Shown here: one piece after another, positions 1 through 12,168 of the stretch
How positions within the stretch are numbered: the stretch's first letter is position 1
Layout of the letters: each line of letters opens with the position of its first letter
Assembly (NCBI RefSeq): GCF_032444005.1
Contig: NC_091283.1
Coordinates: 24,800,001-24,864,000, forward strand
Length of the DNA stretch: 64,000 bases
Direction: 5' to 3'
Source: Ranitomeya imitator
Lineage: Eukaryota
Made by a program: the position numbers and the translations under genes
Notes under the pieces: model-generated
Database searches by the model: none
What the model saw: the letters and a program-made list of their open reading frames with translations, nothing else
Told to the model about the DNA's origin: nothing

Positions 1-3000
1 GCCGCAGAGCCACGCGGAGGACAACAGACGAGAGACGCAGGTCCAGCGCGAGGAGAGTCACAGCTCAGACGTTATAACCAAATAGAAAGAATAATAAGTT
101 ATAACCTGAGATAAGAAACACAGCAACAATCAGAAAAGAGAACCTGTCTGTTCCTTACATACACTATATGGAGAAAAGTATGTGCCCCCCACATTCGGAC
201 CCCCCATCTACACCTACAGACATTAATATGGCGATGCCCTTCTCGCTCTTCTGGGAAGGATTTCTACAAGATTTTGGAGGCATCTGTGGGAGTTTTTGCC
301 CTTTCATCCAGAAGAGCATTTGTGAGGTCAGACCCTGATGTTGGGGGATGCCAGGCTAATAATCTCCATTACAGGTGTTGGATGTGTGACCCCCTCCATA
401 CTTCAGATAAGGGTCTTCCCTAACGTGTTCCCACAAGGCTGAAGCTACAAGTGTCCACAATGTCTTGTGCTGAAGGTTAAGATTTCCCTTCACAGGAGCT
501 GAGGGTCCGAGGCCGCCCCCTGATAACGACCCCATAGCATTATCCGCCTCCACCATATGTACTGGGGCACAATGCAGTCAGGGGGTAACGTCCTCTTGGA
601 ATCACCAAACCCAGACTCCGCCATCACACGCTGGATAGAGAAGTGTGACCCATCACTGCACAGAACACGTCTCCTCAAGAGTCCAGTGGTGGCGGCTTTA
701 CACCACTCTATCCGACGCTCGGCATTGTGCTTGGTGATGTACGGCTGCATGCAGCTTTTCGTCATGAAGCTCACGACTTTTTTTTTTTTTAAAACATCAT
801 TTTTATTGGTTGTTTTTTTTTTTTTTTTAAACAAATAAGTACAATACATATTGCAAATGTTGCTTTAAATTATTACATAGAAATAAAACAAACATTAATC
901 TTTGTAACACAAATAGTATTAACATATCCCCTAATGTCCACATCTAACCAGCTTCAATGATTGGAATCCGACAATCAAATCCAGAACATACACCAACTGA
1001 TGCATTTATCATGTGACAAATTTTAATTTATCCAAACTACCACTTAAATCTTCTAACAAATACCAATCTGAATTAACAAAGGACCTCATTATCTCTTGAA
1101 TTTCCCCTGTCGACAATAAGGATTCTATGAACACTCTCCATTTTTTTAAAAATCTTTTCGTCATCTTATCTTTATCCCTTTCTGCTTCTCTTTTTTCTAA
1201 ATATAGGACAGCCATTAGTCCTGCTTTAATCTCTTTTATCCCTGGGAGTGTACTAGCCAACCAATATTGCAAAATTAAACGTTTTGTCACCAAAGCAATA
1301 GTATGGAACAGATCATGTAACTGACCCCCTCTTGTTTTGCCTGTCGTATAATGAAACAGCCAGCACAACGGGCTAGAATCCACCCAGATCCCACACATCT
1401 GTAGATACATATCTTGAACCATTGTCCATAACTCTTGTGTCTTGGGACACGACCACATGCCATGCTCCATATCTGTTCTTGATGCGCCACATTTGGGGCA
1501 ACTCATCTGCCTATCAGGGTTCTGTGGAGTTGGCGGTATATTAAAGCCACATATTATTTTATGCATTATTCTAAATTGGCTATCCCTCCATTGCTCATTT
1601 ATGATATGTTCCCTTACCAATTTCCATCCATGTAGTATTTTATGCTCAAGTTCTTCATCTTTCATGTATTTTTCCCATTTGCAAAACACTTTGTCTGTCC
1701 CTGATGGTCGTAATACATCTCTCAACAACCCATATATCGAGGAGATCGATATTTCCTTAATGTCTTTAGTGACTAAGTCTCTCCACACATCTGAATCAAC
1801 CTCCTTGCTTACATCTTGTAAGAAATCTATGCATCCAAAAATTAGAACAAGCGAAAGCTATAGCCTTAAAATAGTGAACATACTTTATTTCGAACAAAAG
1901 ACGTAAAAAGACATTATCATAAAGGTAAGTAAAAAATGGATTATGCGGATACACAGTGCAAATGATATAATCGCCCCAGACTGGAGCCAGGCAATGTTAT
2001 GGGTCATAGAATACAAGGTAAGTAAAGAGCATGTAAGCGCTTCAAGAGGCTAAAAAGGTGCTAATGTGCTTTGGTGCAGCGATTTTATAATCAAGAAAAA
2101 CTGATAGGCCAAGGATTGCAAGCTAGTGCAAGTGTGAATATATCCTAGTGGATAAAGTGGCCTAACTGTATAGACAGCGGTTAAGTAAATGTTTACTATA
2201 GCAGACTGACGTGATGACCCAGAGTAAATGAGGCACAGTGGCAAGGACACATTACCTGCAGCCGTGGAGCGATTCCCCGACGCGCGTTTCGCGTGTAGCT
2301 TTGACGAGGGGTAAGGTGCAAAGTGGAGTTGCCGGCTTATATCATGTGGGGACATAATGGCAGCGGCTAAGGCGGCGCTTCCGCCGGGAAAGTCCGCCGA
2401 CGTCATCGGGCCTCGGCGTCATGCGTCGGCGCTCCTCCCCGCTCGACGCGTCAGAGCTGGGGGGTTGCACCGTAGCACAATAGACGCGTTGCCCCGGCAA
2501 CGCCCAAGCAGGACGCCCAGCGGGAGCGCACACCGCTGCAGAGGAGAGAACAGCAAGTGCTCCAGTGTGTATGGCAAGCAGCGAACAAGGACCACGCAGG
2601 GGGACTATGTCCTATGTCTGTATAATATCTCTGTGAGAAAATGGTGTGTGTAAGAGTCCTAAGAAGCTAATAGGCAGAGAGAAAATAGGTGTACCAATGG
2701 GAAAGCTTTAAAAGGGGAAGATGTGCAGTGTGGGCATGGGTTGCCTCAGGGAAAAAAGGGGAGGGGGGAAAAGGGAAGGTGTGTATATAGGCAGAAGTTA
2801 CATCTAAGGATTGACCTGCCAATTAAGGAAAACAAAAAGTAGAAAAATATGTAAAATATGGCAGTTTATACAAAAAGGACATAGGTGCCATATAGTCTAA
2901 AAAACCCTATTATGTATAACAGTGAGTCGAAAAACAGACATATGTATCAAAAAGGAGCATAAATATAATTAACATAGTATGAAAATATCCAAGACTCCAA

Positions 3001-3221
3001 TACGGAGAAGTGTGGTCCTCGTCTAGAATGGATTAGGCCGCTTGCACTGTGATGTAGTTTGCAGATCTGTTTCACTACGCCTCAGCAGTGTCCATCATGT
3101 CCATGGATATCAAAGAAAGAAGAGCATCATAGACGGATTACATGGGTGAAACTGTTGTAGAAGAAAAGCATATATGTTAATATAAAAACATGATAAAAGC
3201 ACTAAAAATACATAAAATAGG

Positions 3222-5020
3222 TTAGAGAAATGGGGCAAAACTGAGAATTTCATTTAAGCCGTATGGTTGAACTGACCCTATTCTGTGGATCCACCGGGCC
3301 TCCAGCTGGGCAAGGGATTTCCTCCAATTACCCCCTCTGGCATCTATGTAAATTTTATCTATACCAAAGGCTTTTAAAAGAGAGGCATCACAGCCGTGTG
3401 CCACTTTAAAATGCCTAGGTACCGGTTTCAGGATGGCAAGGTCTTCAATCGCCTGGGCATTGATAATATCCCGGTAGTGTTCTCTAATTCTCGTTTTGAG
3501 CGGTCTTGAAGTAAGGCCTACATAAATTTTAGAACAGGGGCAAAAAATGTAGTAAATTACCCCAATGGTATCACAAGTTATGTGTTGGGTTATTGAAAAT
3601 GTCGTTTTCCCATCCCAAGATTTGAATGTGGTGGCCCGTGCCATATTAGGGCAAGCGATGCAATTGCCGCAAGGGTAGAAGCCCCATTTAGGGCCTTTGG
3701 ATGTAAACGCCTTTTCCGGGGTGGCCCCTGGGTAGTAGCTCCGGACCAATTGGTCCTTGAGGTTTGGGGATTTCCTATATGTGATAGAGGGTCGATCCGG
3801 GAGATGCTTTGCGAGGGTATGATCGACCTTTAGGAGGGGCCAATATTTAGTAAGCGCTGATGACATATCCTTCCAATTTTGATTGTACGTGGTGATGAAA
3901 CGAATTTTCGTATCAAAAGTAGTTTTGTTGCGAGGTTTCAGTAGGTCAGTACGGTTGGCCTTTTCGGCTCTCTTTAGTGCCCTCTTTATACTTCTCTTAG
4001 AGTATCCTCTGTCCTGGAAACGCGTAGCTAATGCGGCTGCCTGCTCGGAGAAGTGCCCGTCATCGGAGCATATGCGTCTTACCCTGAGAAATTGCCCAAT
4101 CGGGATACTAGAAATAAGGGGTCGAGGGTGAGAGGAGGTGGCATGCAGGAGGGAGTTCACTGCCGTTTCTTTGCGAAATATGCTGGTCTCCAAGCATCCC
4201 CCTGGGGGACCTAGTATTTGGATGTCTAGGAAATCAATAGAGGTCTGGCTGCGTTTGTGGGTCAGTCTGATGTTGTAACCATTATCATTTAATAACCCAA
4301 TGAACTCCAGGAGGTCCTGCTCTGGGCCCTGCCATACCATAAGGATATCATCTATATAGCGGGCCCAGAACAGGACCCGCTCGATGTGGGCTACAGGTTT
4401 AGCGAAAAAGATGTCCCTTTCCCACTTTCCCATAAAAAGATTTGCATAGGAAGATGCAAAAGCCGCACCCATCGCGGTCCCCTGCTGTTGCTGGTAGATG
4501 CTCTGCTTAAAAATAAAAAAATTGTGCTCAAGAGCAAACCTAAGGAGGGTGAGGAGAAAAAAAGAACAAAGTCGGGTTGGTACTCCGACATTTCAAGGAA
4601 TGTTTGTGTGGCCTTGATACCATGTTGGTGCCGAATAGAGGTATAAAGGGACTCAACGTCCATAGTCACCAACCACATGTCAGAATCTAAAGGAATGCCC
4701 TCTATTTTTCTGAGAACGTCACTAGTGTCCTTGACATAAGAGGGGAGATCTGCGACTAGGGGTTTGAGGTAATGATCCAGGTATTTACAAATAGTCTCCG
4801 TCAAGCTACCATTACCAGAAACGATAGGGCGTCCAGGGGGGTTAAGGGGGTTTTTGTGGATTTTGGGTATGAAGTATATACACGCCATCCTAGGGTAAAG
4901 TGGGACTAGATAGTTTTTCAAATCCGCTGTTATGAGACCCTGATCAAATGCTTTATCCAAAATATCCTGCAACTCCCCTTTAAATTTGACCGTGGGGTTA
5001 AACGTCAGTTTTTTGTAGCA
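3222..5020 (-). pseudogene. Penelope RT + GIY-YIG ORF, left arm (about 600 codons, 5'-truncated, one frameshift in an A7/T7 run at 4557-4563)
   Basis: ORF 4391-5080 (PKIHKNPLNPPGRPIVS, TMDVESLYTSI) and ORF 3222-4472 (GTAMG, YIDD, CGNCIAC, GVIYY...YVG) join via a homopolymer frameshift. Confidence 0.88.
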
Positions 5021-5028
5021 GGAAATGT

Positions 5029-6356
5029 CCCTCCTTAGGTTTGCTCTTGAGCACAATTTTTTTATTTTTAAGCAGAGCATCTACCAGCAACAGCAGGGGA
5101 CCGCGATGGGTGCGGCTTTTGCATCTTCCTATGCAAATCTTTTTATGGGAAAGTGGGAAAGGGACATCTTTTTCGCTAAACCTGTAGCCCACATCGAGCG
5201 GGTCCTGTTCTGGGCCCGCTATATAGATGATATCCTTATGGTATGGCAGGGCCCAGAGCAGGACCTCCTGGAGTTCATTGGGTTATTAAATGATAATGGT
5301 TACAACATCAGACTGACCCACAAACGCAGCCAGACCTCTATTGATTTCCTAGACATCCAAATACTAGGTCCCCCAGGGGGATGCTTGGAGACCAGCATAT
5401 TTCGCAAAGAAACGGCAGTGAACTCCCTCCTGCATGCCACCTCCTCTCACCCTCGACCCCTTATTTCTAGTATCCCGATTGGGCAATTTCTCAGGGTAAG
5501 ACGCATATGCTCCGATGACGGGCACTTCTCCGAGCAGGCAGCCGCATTAGCTACGCGTTTCCAGGACAGAGGATACTCTAAGAGAAGTATAAAGAGGGCA
5601 CTAAAGAGAGCCGAAAAGGCCAACCGTACTGACCTACTGAAACCTCGCAACAAAACTACTTTTGATACGAAAATTCGTTTCATCACCACGTACAATCAAA
5701 ATTGGAAGGATATGTCATCAGCGCTTACTAAATATTGGCCCCTCCTAAAGGTCGATCATACCCTCGCAAAGCATCTCCCGGATCGACCCTCTATCACATA
5801 TAGGAAATCCCCAAACCTCAAGGACCAATTGGTCCGGAGCTACTACCCAGGGGCCACCCCGGAAAAGGCGTTTACATCCAAAGGCCCTAAATGGGGCTTC
5901 TACCCTTGCGGCAATTGCATCGCTTGCCCTAATATGGCACGGGCCACCACATTCAAATCTTGGGATGGGAAAACGACATTTTCAATAACCCAACACATAA
6001 CTTGTGATACCATTGGGGTAATTTACTACATTTTTTGCCCCTGTTCTAAAATTTATGTAGGCCTTACTTCAAGACCGCTCAAAACGAGAATTAGAGAACA
6101 CTACCGGGATATTATCAATGCCCAGGCGATTGAAGACCTTGCCATCCTGAAACCGGTACCTAGGCATTTTAAAGTGGCACACGGCTGTGATGCCTCTCTT
6201 TTAAAAGCCTTTGGTATAGATAAAATTTACATAGATGCCAGAGGGGGTAATTGGAGGAAATCCCTTGCCCAGCTGGAGGCCCGGTGGATCCACAGAATAG
6301 GGTCAGTTCAACCATACGGCTTAAATGAAATTCTCAGTTTTGCCCCATTTCTCTAA
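5029..6356 (+). pseudogene. Penelope RT C-half + Cys-rich linker + GIY-YIG endonuclease, right arm (open but 5'-truncated)
   Basis: 443-aa ORF with QQQGTAMGAAFASSYANLFM, YIDDILMVW, CGNCIAC and GVIYYIFCPCSKIYVG...RIREH. The Cys-rich linker between RT and endonuclease is typical of Neptune-type PLEs. Confidence 0.9.
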
Positions 6357-8766
6357 CCTATTTTATGTATTTTTAGTGCTTTTATCATGTTTTTATATTA
6401 ACATATATGCTTTTCTTCTACAACAGTTTCACCCATGTAATCCGTCTATGATGCTCTTCTTTCTTTGATATCCATGGACATGATGGACACTGCTGAGGCG
6501 TAGTGAAACAGATCTGCAAACTACATCACAGTGCAAGCGGCCTAATCCATTCTAGACGAGGACCACACTTCTCCGTATTGGAGTCTTGGATATTTTCATA
6601 CTATGTTAATTATATTTATGCTCCTTTTTGATACATATGTCTGTTTTTCGACTCACTGTTATACATAATAGGGTTTTTTAGACTATATGGCACCTATGTC
6701 CTTTTTGTATAAACTGCCATATTTTACATATTTTTCTACTTTTTGTTTTCCTTAATTGGCAGGTCAATCCTTAGATGTAACTTCTGCCTATATACACACC
6801 TTCCCTTTTCCCCCCTCCCCTTTTTTCCCTGAGGCAACCCATGCCCACACTGCACATCTTCCCCTTTTAAAGCTTTCCCATTGGTACACCTATTTTCTCT
6901 CTGCCTATTAGCTTCTTAGGACTCTTACACACACCATTTTCTCACAGAGATATTATACAGACATAGGACATAGTCCCCCTGCGTGGTCCTTGTTCGCTGC
7001 TTGCCATACACACTGGAGCACTTGCTGTTCTCTCCTCTGCAGCGGTGTGCGCTCCCGCTGGGCGTCCTGCTTGGGCGTTGCCGGGGCAACGCGTCTATTG
7101 TGCTACGGTGCAACCCCCCAGCTCTGACGCGTCGAGCGGGGAGGAGCGCCGACGCATGACGCCGAGGCCCGATGACGTCGGCGGACTTTCCCGGCGGAAG
7201 CGCCGCCTTAGCCGCTGCCATTATGTCCCCACATGATATAAGCCGGCAACTCCACTTTGCACCTTACCCCTCGTCAAAGCTACACGCGAAACGCGCGTCG
7301 GGGAATCGCTCCACGGCTGCAGGTAATGTGTCCTTGCCACTGTGCCTCATTTACTCTGGGTCATCACGTCAGTCTGCTATAGTAAACATTTACTTAACCG
7401 CTGTCTATACAGTTAGGCCACTTTATCCACTAGGATATATTCACACTTGCACTAGCTTGCAATCCTTGGCCTATCAGTTTTTCTTGATTATAAAATCGCT
7501 GCACCAAAGCACATTAGCACCTTTTTAGCCTCTTGAAGCGCTTACATGCTCTTTACTTACCTTGTATTCTATGACCCATAACATTGCCTGGCTCCAGTCT
7601 GGGGCGATTATATCATTTGCACTGTGTATCCGCATAATCCATTTTTTACTTACCTTTATGATAATGTCTTTTTACGTCTTTTGTTCGAAATAAAGTATGT
7701 TCACTATTTTAAGGCTATAGCTTTCGCTTGTTCTAATTTTTGGATGCATTTATCGTTTGTTAAAGCTGCCTTTCCTAGGCATGTACTCTTTCTGAGGTTA
7801 TTGTAAGAAATCTAGTACATACTGCTTCAGTTGACTATATAGCATCAAATGGAATAGCTCACGACTTTTTACACCGATGGCTTCTATTACAGGATCGCAC
7901 TGGTATCATTTTGTCAAATATCAATAAAGGCAGATGGCATGGCAAGGGGCCAGAAGTTATACCCCAGGAGCAATAGGACCGGATATTATACACTGGAGAT
8001 GATGAGGCTGAATGAGAAACCTGAGTCCTGAACGCAATGATTGACTTGTGTCCAACACTTTTCTCCATATGGTGTATATCTACTTTTAGGAAAGCTAAGT
8101 GACAGCTAGTGTGGCCGCCATTACAGTTTCCACAAGGTTTAGGCGCCGTGCTGCACACGTGTTGCTGTGATTGCCGTGCATGGAAGCTGGTCCTGTACAA
8201 TCATGGAGAGGACTCAGTGATAGTAATGGTCAGGATGACGGTTTATCATGGCAGCATCTGCATAAAAAGGTCCTTGAGTCGGCTGTCACCATATCACTAT
8301 TATATATAAATACCATGTCTTTGAAAGCATCATGTAAGAGGTTCACGTCTCCAGGGAGAAAAAAAAGCGAAAATTAACATTATTAAAATTTATCTAAAAA
8401 ATTCCATTCTCCCAGAAAATATAAAGCGGGTTGTTTTGCATTCCTCAAAAATGAATGTAATTTTGTAGAAAAAAAAAAAAAAGCATATGTACCCCAAAGT
8501 GTTTCTACTGACAAAGACAGGTCAGCCCACAAAAAACAATCCCTCAAATAATGTATTGAGGAAAGAATAAAAAATTATAATCTGAATGCAATAATAAAAA
8601 AATAAAAAATAAAATTGTCCAGTCCCAAAGGAATGTATTATTATCGTGTTCTTTTACAACTGTTGGTTCCTCTGGTATCTTCTCACTTCTCAGGTAGCTG
8701 TGGTTTAGGAAGGCGTCCATTCACTGCTGTGGGGCAGTCCCAGATTTCCCAATTCTGACATCAGGT

Positions 8767-8774
8767 TATAAATA
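8767..8774 (+). promoter_or_regulatory. TATA box of the PGRP gene
   Basis: TATAAATA about 80 bp upstream of the ATG at 8852. Confidence 0.6.
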
Positions 8775-8851
8775 CAGAAGCAGCAGAGACATTTCTTCAT
8801 CTCTACACAAGGAGTCATCAGCAGCTTCTCGGTTAGATGTGTCCTGACACC

Positions 8852-8900
8852 ATGATCTGTCTGCTCCTGACTCTGTTCCTGTCCTGAGTTGTTACACACG
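8852..8900 (+). CDS. pglyrp1: PGRP exon 1 (signal peptide MICLLLTLFLS*VVTHG) with in-frame TGA at 8885-8887
   Basis: ACCATG start, hydrophobic stretch, phase-1 donor G|GTAAG at 8900/8901 that joins in frame to exon 2 (G|GT TGC CCG = GCP). Confidence 0.75.
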
Positions 8901-8970
8901 GTAAGCTCCTGTGCAATTACTATGCTGCAACAAGGTGATTAATGCTGTAGGAAGATGGATCTTGAGCAGC

Positions 8971-9340
8971 CTAGATAGGTCCACCAGGGTCTAATCAGGC
9001 CCACCAGGGTCTAGACAGGTCCACCAGGGTCTAGACAGGTCCATAGGAGTCTAGACAGGTCCACCAGGATCTAGACAGGTTCACCAGAATCTAGATAAGT
9101 CCATCAGAGTCTAGACAGGTCCACCAGGGTCTAGACAGGTCCACCAGGGTCTAGATAGGTCAACAAGAGTCTATACAGGTCCACCAGGGTCTAGATAGAT
9201 CCACCAGGGTCTAGACAGGTCCACCAGGGTCTAGACAGATCCACCAGGGTCTAGATAGGTCAACAAGACTCTATACAGGTCCATCAGGGTCTGGACAGGT
9301 AAACCAGGGTCTATATAGGTCCACCAGAGTCTAGACAGGG
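8971..9340. repeat. 20-bp minisatellite (CTAGACAGGTCCACCAGGGT), about 18 copies, in PGRP intron 1
   Basis: Direct reading of tandem units. Confidence 0.95.
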
Positions 9341-10492
9341 CCATCATGGTCTTCTCTGCTGCAACCTCGATAGTATCAAGCCATCAGGTTGCTGGTCTTC
9401 CTCTTTGCTCCTTCTATTCTTCTGACCATGATGTCCTTCTCCAGTGATCGCTCTCTTCGTATGATGAGTCCACAGTAGGCAAGTCATAGCTTGGTGATCC
9501 TTGCTTCTAGTGACATGTCTGGCTTGATTTGTTCCAGTGAATAGAAGTGAGTGTCTAGCAAAGACTAGCTGCCTGTCCTTGACTGATGCAGAACAGAACA
9601 CATAGACGTCAGCTCACTAGCTGCAAACTGGGATCCAACCTGGCACAGATTTTCTCCAGGATTAATAGAGTCCCAAGTGCATAGAAAATAGTAGATGCAG
9701 CAATGAAGGAACTTCCAATAAAACGTCGCTATTATTCCACACCACAATAAAACCCTAACACCACACCAGAAGCTGCTGATCATCCAACACGTCTTCACTG
9801 ATTGCAGAAGTCCCCAGCGGTGACTAAGGTTTTATTACTGAGACATTGTGGAGTGATGAGCGTCTCCTGTTCCGTTGTTAACTTTTTACTATGTTTTATT
9901 GGAAATTCCTTTATTGCTGCGTCCTTCTATTGTCTGTGATTTGTCACCGGCTTCTGCGCTCCCCATTCATCTGTTTGGAGGGACAGGAAAATGGATTTCA
10001 TGTGCAAAAAAAGATCTGCTGCATTAATAATGAAAATGGAAAAAAAGAGTTGGGCCCCATTCATTATTACGGGGTCTCTCTGGGGTCCATTGTGCACCTG
10101 TTTTCCAGAATAGAAAAAAAAAGTCCAGTATGCAGAGAACTGACTTTTGTTCTAAAAACTGGCGCAAATGGGACCTCATAATACTTGCGTTGTCCTGGCA
10201 CTGGCATCCCACGGCACGGCCTGAGCCGGACCTAGAGACAGGCAAGAGCATGGCGCATCTATCTGGCTTTAGATCAAGCTCATGTCTTGCCGTCTTTGGC
10301 ATCGGCGATGGGGTAAAACTCTCATCAGAAGTGGGAGCATTAATACTTGAAGGAGACCACCTCTTGGGGACATTTGTCCATAGTAAAGTATTTAGGTATT
10401 TTTGGGCAGTTTTCTTACAAACTTAATGTAAATGGATTCAGCGGTGCCCATTTACAGCAAACATCAATGTTTCCATCTTCCTTTTGGTCAAG

Positions 10493-10694
10493 GTTGCCCG
10501 ACTATTGTAACAAGACGTCAATGGGGAGGGAAGAACCCAACCTGTCGATCCAATCTGAGGACCCCCGTGCCTAATGTGATCATCCACCACACGGAAGGGG
10601 CTTTCTGTAACTCCAGGACGACGTGTAGCGCCCAAGTCAGGAACATACAAAACTATCACATGAAGACCAGAGGCTGGTGCGACATCGGCTACAA
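10493..10694 (+). CDS. pglyrp1: PGRP exon 2
   Basis: AG acceptor at 10491-10492. Translates CPTIVTRRQWGG...VIIHHTEG...WCDIGY. GT donor at 10695. Confidence 0.93.
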
Positions 10695-11623
10695 GTGAGA
10701 GGCAAAACAAGCGTCCTGAAGGTCAAAAATGGCCGAAGGGAATAAAACTGATCACTTCTAATAGCCAAATGCTAATTTGCAATGGGAGAAAGAGTGGTTC
10801 CGGACACCCCCATCCCGTCATCCTCTGATAGCGGCTTATCTCCCCTGAAAAAAAAATCAGCCATGGAAATTTAATTCAACAAATCCTTCTTTACCCAACA
10901 TGTGGTTACTTGTGAATGTACTGTACCAAATTCACTTTAATGTGAGCTTAGCTGCACTATCGACCACGGCCATAACACATTGTGCGGAGCCGAGACTGAG
11001 ATAAAAGCAAAACATGGAAACTTCTCTATAAAATGATTTTTATTAACCCCTTCACGACATGCGCCTGTGATTGTCATAGCAAGTGAGCATTTCCGCTACA
11101 CACAGCGATCGATCGCCTGTGTGTAGCCGAGGCGATCAGAAGATCGCAGCTTCTAGTCTTCCATGGAGACTACTGAAGCAAGTAAAAAAATATATATGTT
11201 TTTAAAAACATTTTAAAAAAAATAAAAAGACGTTCAAATCACACCCCATTCGCCCAATTCAAAATAAAACAATAAAACAAAATTAAAAAAATACACATTT
11301 GGTATCACAGCGTTCTATCGGTAAACGATGTAGCGAAAAAAGTCAAAACGCCAGAATTACGGTTTTTTTTGGTCGCAGTGACATTGCATTAAAATGCAAT
11401 AACGGGCAATGAAAAGATCGTATCTGCACCAAAATGGTATCAATAAAAACGTCAGCTCGGCTCATAAAAAATAAACCCTCACCCAAACCCAAAAAAATGG
11501 AGATGCTACAGGTCTCAAAAAATGACACAATATTTTTTTTTTAACAAACTTTGTATTTTTTTTGTCATCACTTAAATAATAAAAGAACCTAGTCATGTTT
11601 AATGTCTATGAACTCGTAATGAC

Positions 11624-12168
11624 TAGAGTTGAGCGAATTTCTTCGGGTCCCCGCTAGTGATGAGCGAATATACTCGTTACTCGAGATTTCCCGAGCACGC
11701 CCGGGTGACCTCCGAGTATTTATGACTGCTCAGAGATTTAGTTTTCATCGCTGCAGCTGAATGATTTACATCTGTTAGCCAGCTTAAGTACATGTGGGGA
11801 TTCCCTAGCAGCCCCCACATGTATGCTGGCTAACAGCTGTAAATCATTCAGCTGCAGCGATGACAACAAAATCTCCGAGTACTAAAAAATACTCGGAGGA
11901 CACCCGAGCGTGCTTGAGAAATCTCGAGTAATGAGTATATTCGCTCATCACTAGTCCCCGCTTATTCGGCAAGCTATAGCACTTGCCAAATAAGCTGCAG
12001 AAGGAACCCGGATACATGGGGCGCACCGGCTGATCATTGAGCGTGTTTTTTGGGCTCTCTATGCGACACATGCTGCTGCGGTGCCAATCAGCTGGCGCGC
12101 TCCATGTATCCATGTAGTGCTATAGCTTGCCGGATAAGCGGGGACCTGAAGAAATTCGCTCAACTCTA
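11624..12168. mobile_element. hAT-like MITE (TAGAGTTGAGCG TIR) nested in the piggyBac-like element
   Basis: Long TIR TAGAGTTGAGCGAATTTCTTC / GAAGAAATTCGCTCAACTCTA. TSD only partly conserved (GTAA). Confidence 0.7.
11655..11953. mobile_element. hAT MITE (TAGTGATGAGCG TIR), innermost of three nested elements
   Basis: Near-palindromic, with perfect 8-bp TSD GTCCCCGC at 11647-11654 and 11954-11961. Confidence 0.88.

Larger units (their letters stand above)
1830..7800. mobile_element. Palindromic Penelope-like retroelement insertion (Neptune-type), two divergent 5'-truncated arms
   Basis: Inverted arms 1829-4549 and 5029-7749; mirrored coordinates always sum to 9578 and mirrored ORFs are identical. 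Unique 479-bp spacer. 14-bp TSD TTGTAAGAAATCTA at 1816-1829 and 7801-7814. Confidence 0.93.
783..7855 (-). mobile_element. 5'-truncated L1/Tx1-like LINE (own sequence 783-1829 and 7815-7855), interrupted by the Penelope insertion
   Basis: Poly-T at about 783-830. ORF 1009-1788(-) has an L1 ORF2 C-terminal Cys motif (CPKC...MEHGMWSC). The frame continues across the Penelope (HLMLYSQLKQYVL-DFLQDVSKEVDSD). 15-bp TSD AGCTCACGACTTTTT at 768-782 and 7856-7870. Confidence 0.85.
162..8074 (-). mobile_element. Degenerate Tc1-like DNA transposon, split by nested insertions (own sequence 162-782 and 7871-8074)
   Basis: Imperfect TIRs CACTATATGGAGAAAAGT (162) and ACTTTTCTCCATATGGTG (to 8074), each flanked by TA. 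ORF 490-849(-) carries Tc1 remnants (PYITKHNAERRIEWCK, VLCSDGSHFS, IMLWG). Confidence 0.85.

Noticed and set aside
1-160. GC-rich then A-rich sequence at the window start
   Set aside because: Too short and truncated to assign to any element.
2050-2653. Overlapping small ORFs in the GC-rich Penelope terminal region (mirrored at 6925-7528)
   Set aside because: No recognisable domains; expected by chance in GC-rich terminal sequence.
8731-8750. NF-kB sites in the PGRP promoter (GGGGCAGTCCC, CAGATTTCCC)
   Set aside because: Both deviate from GGGRNWYYCC and are too weak to call without data.
8885-8887. PGRP TGA as selenocysteine
   Set aside because: It lies in a cleaved signal peptide, PGRPs are not known selenoproteins, and no SECIS was recognised downstream.
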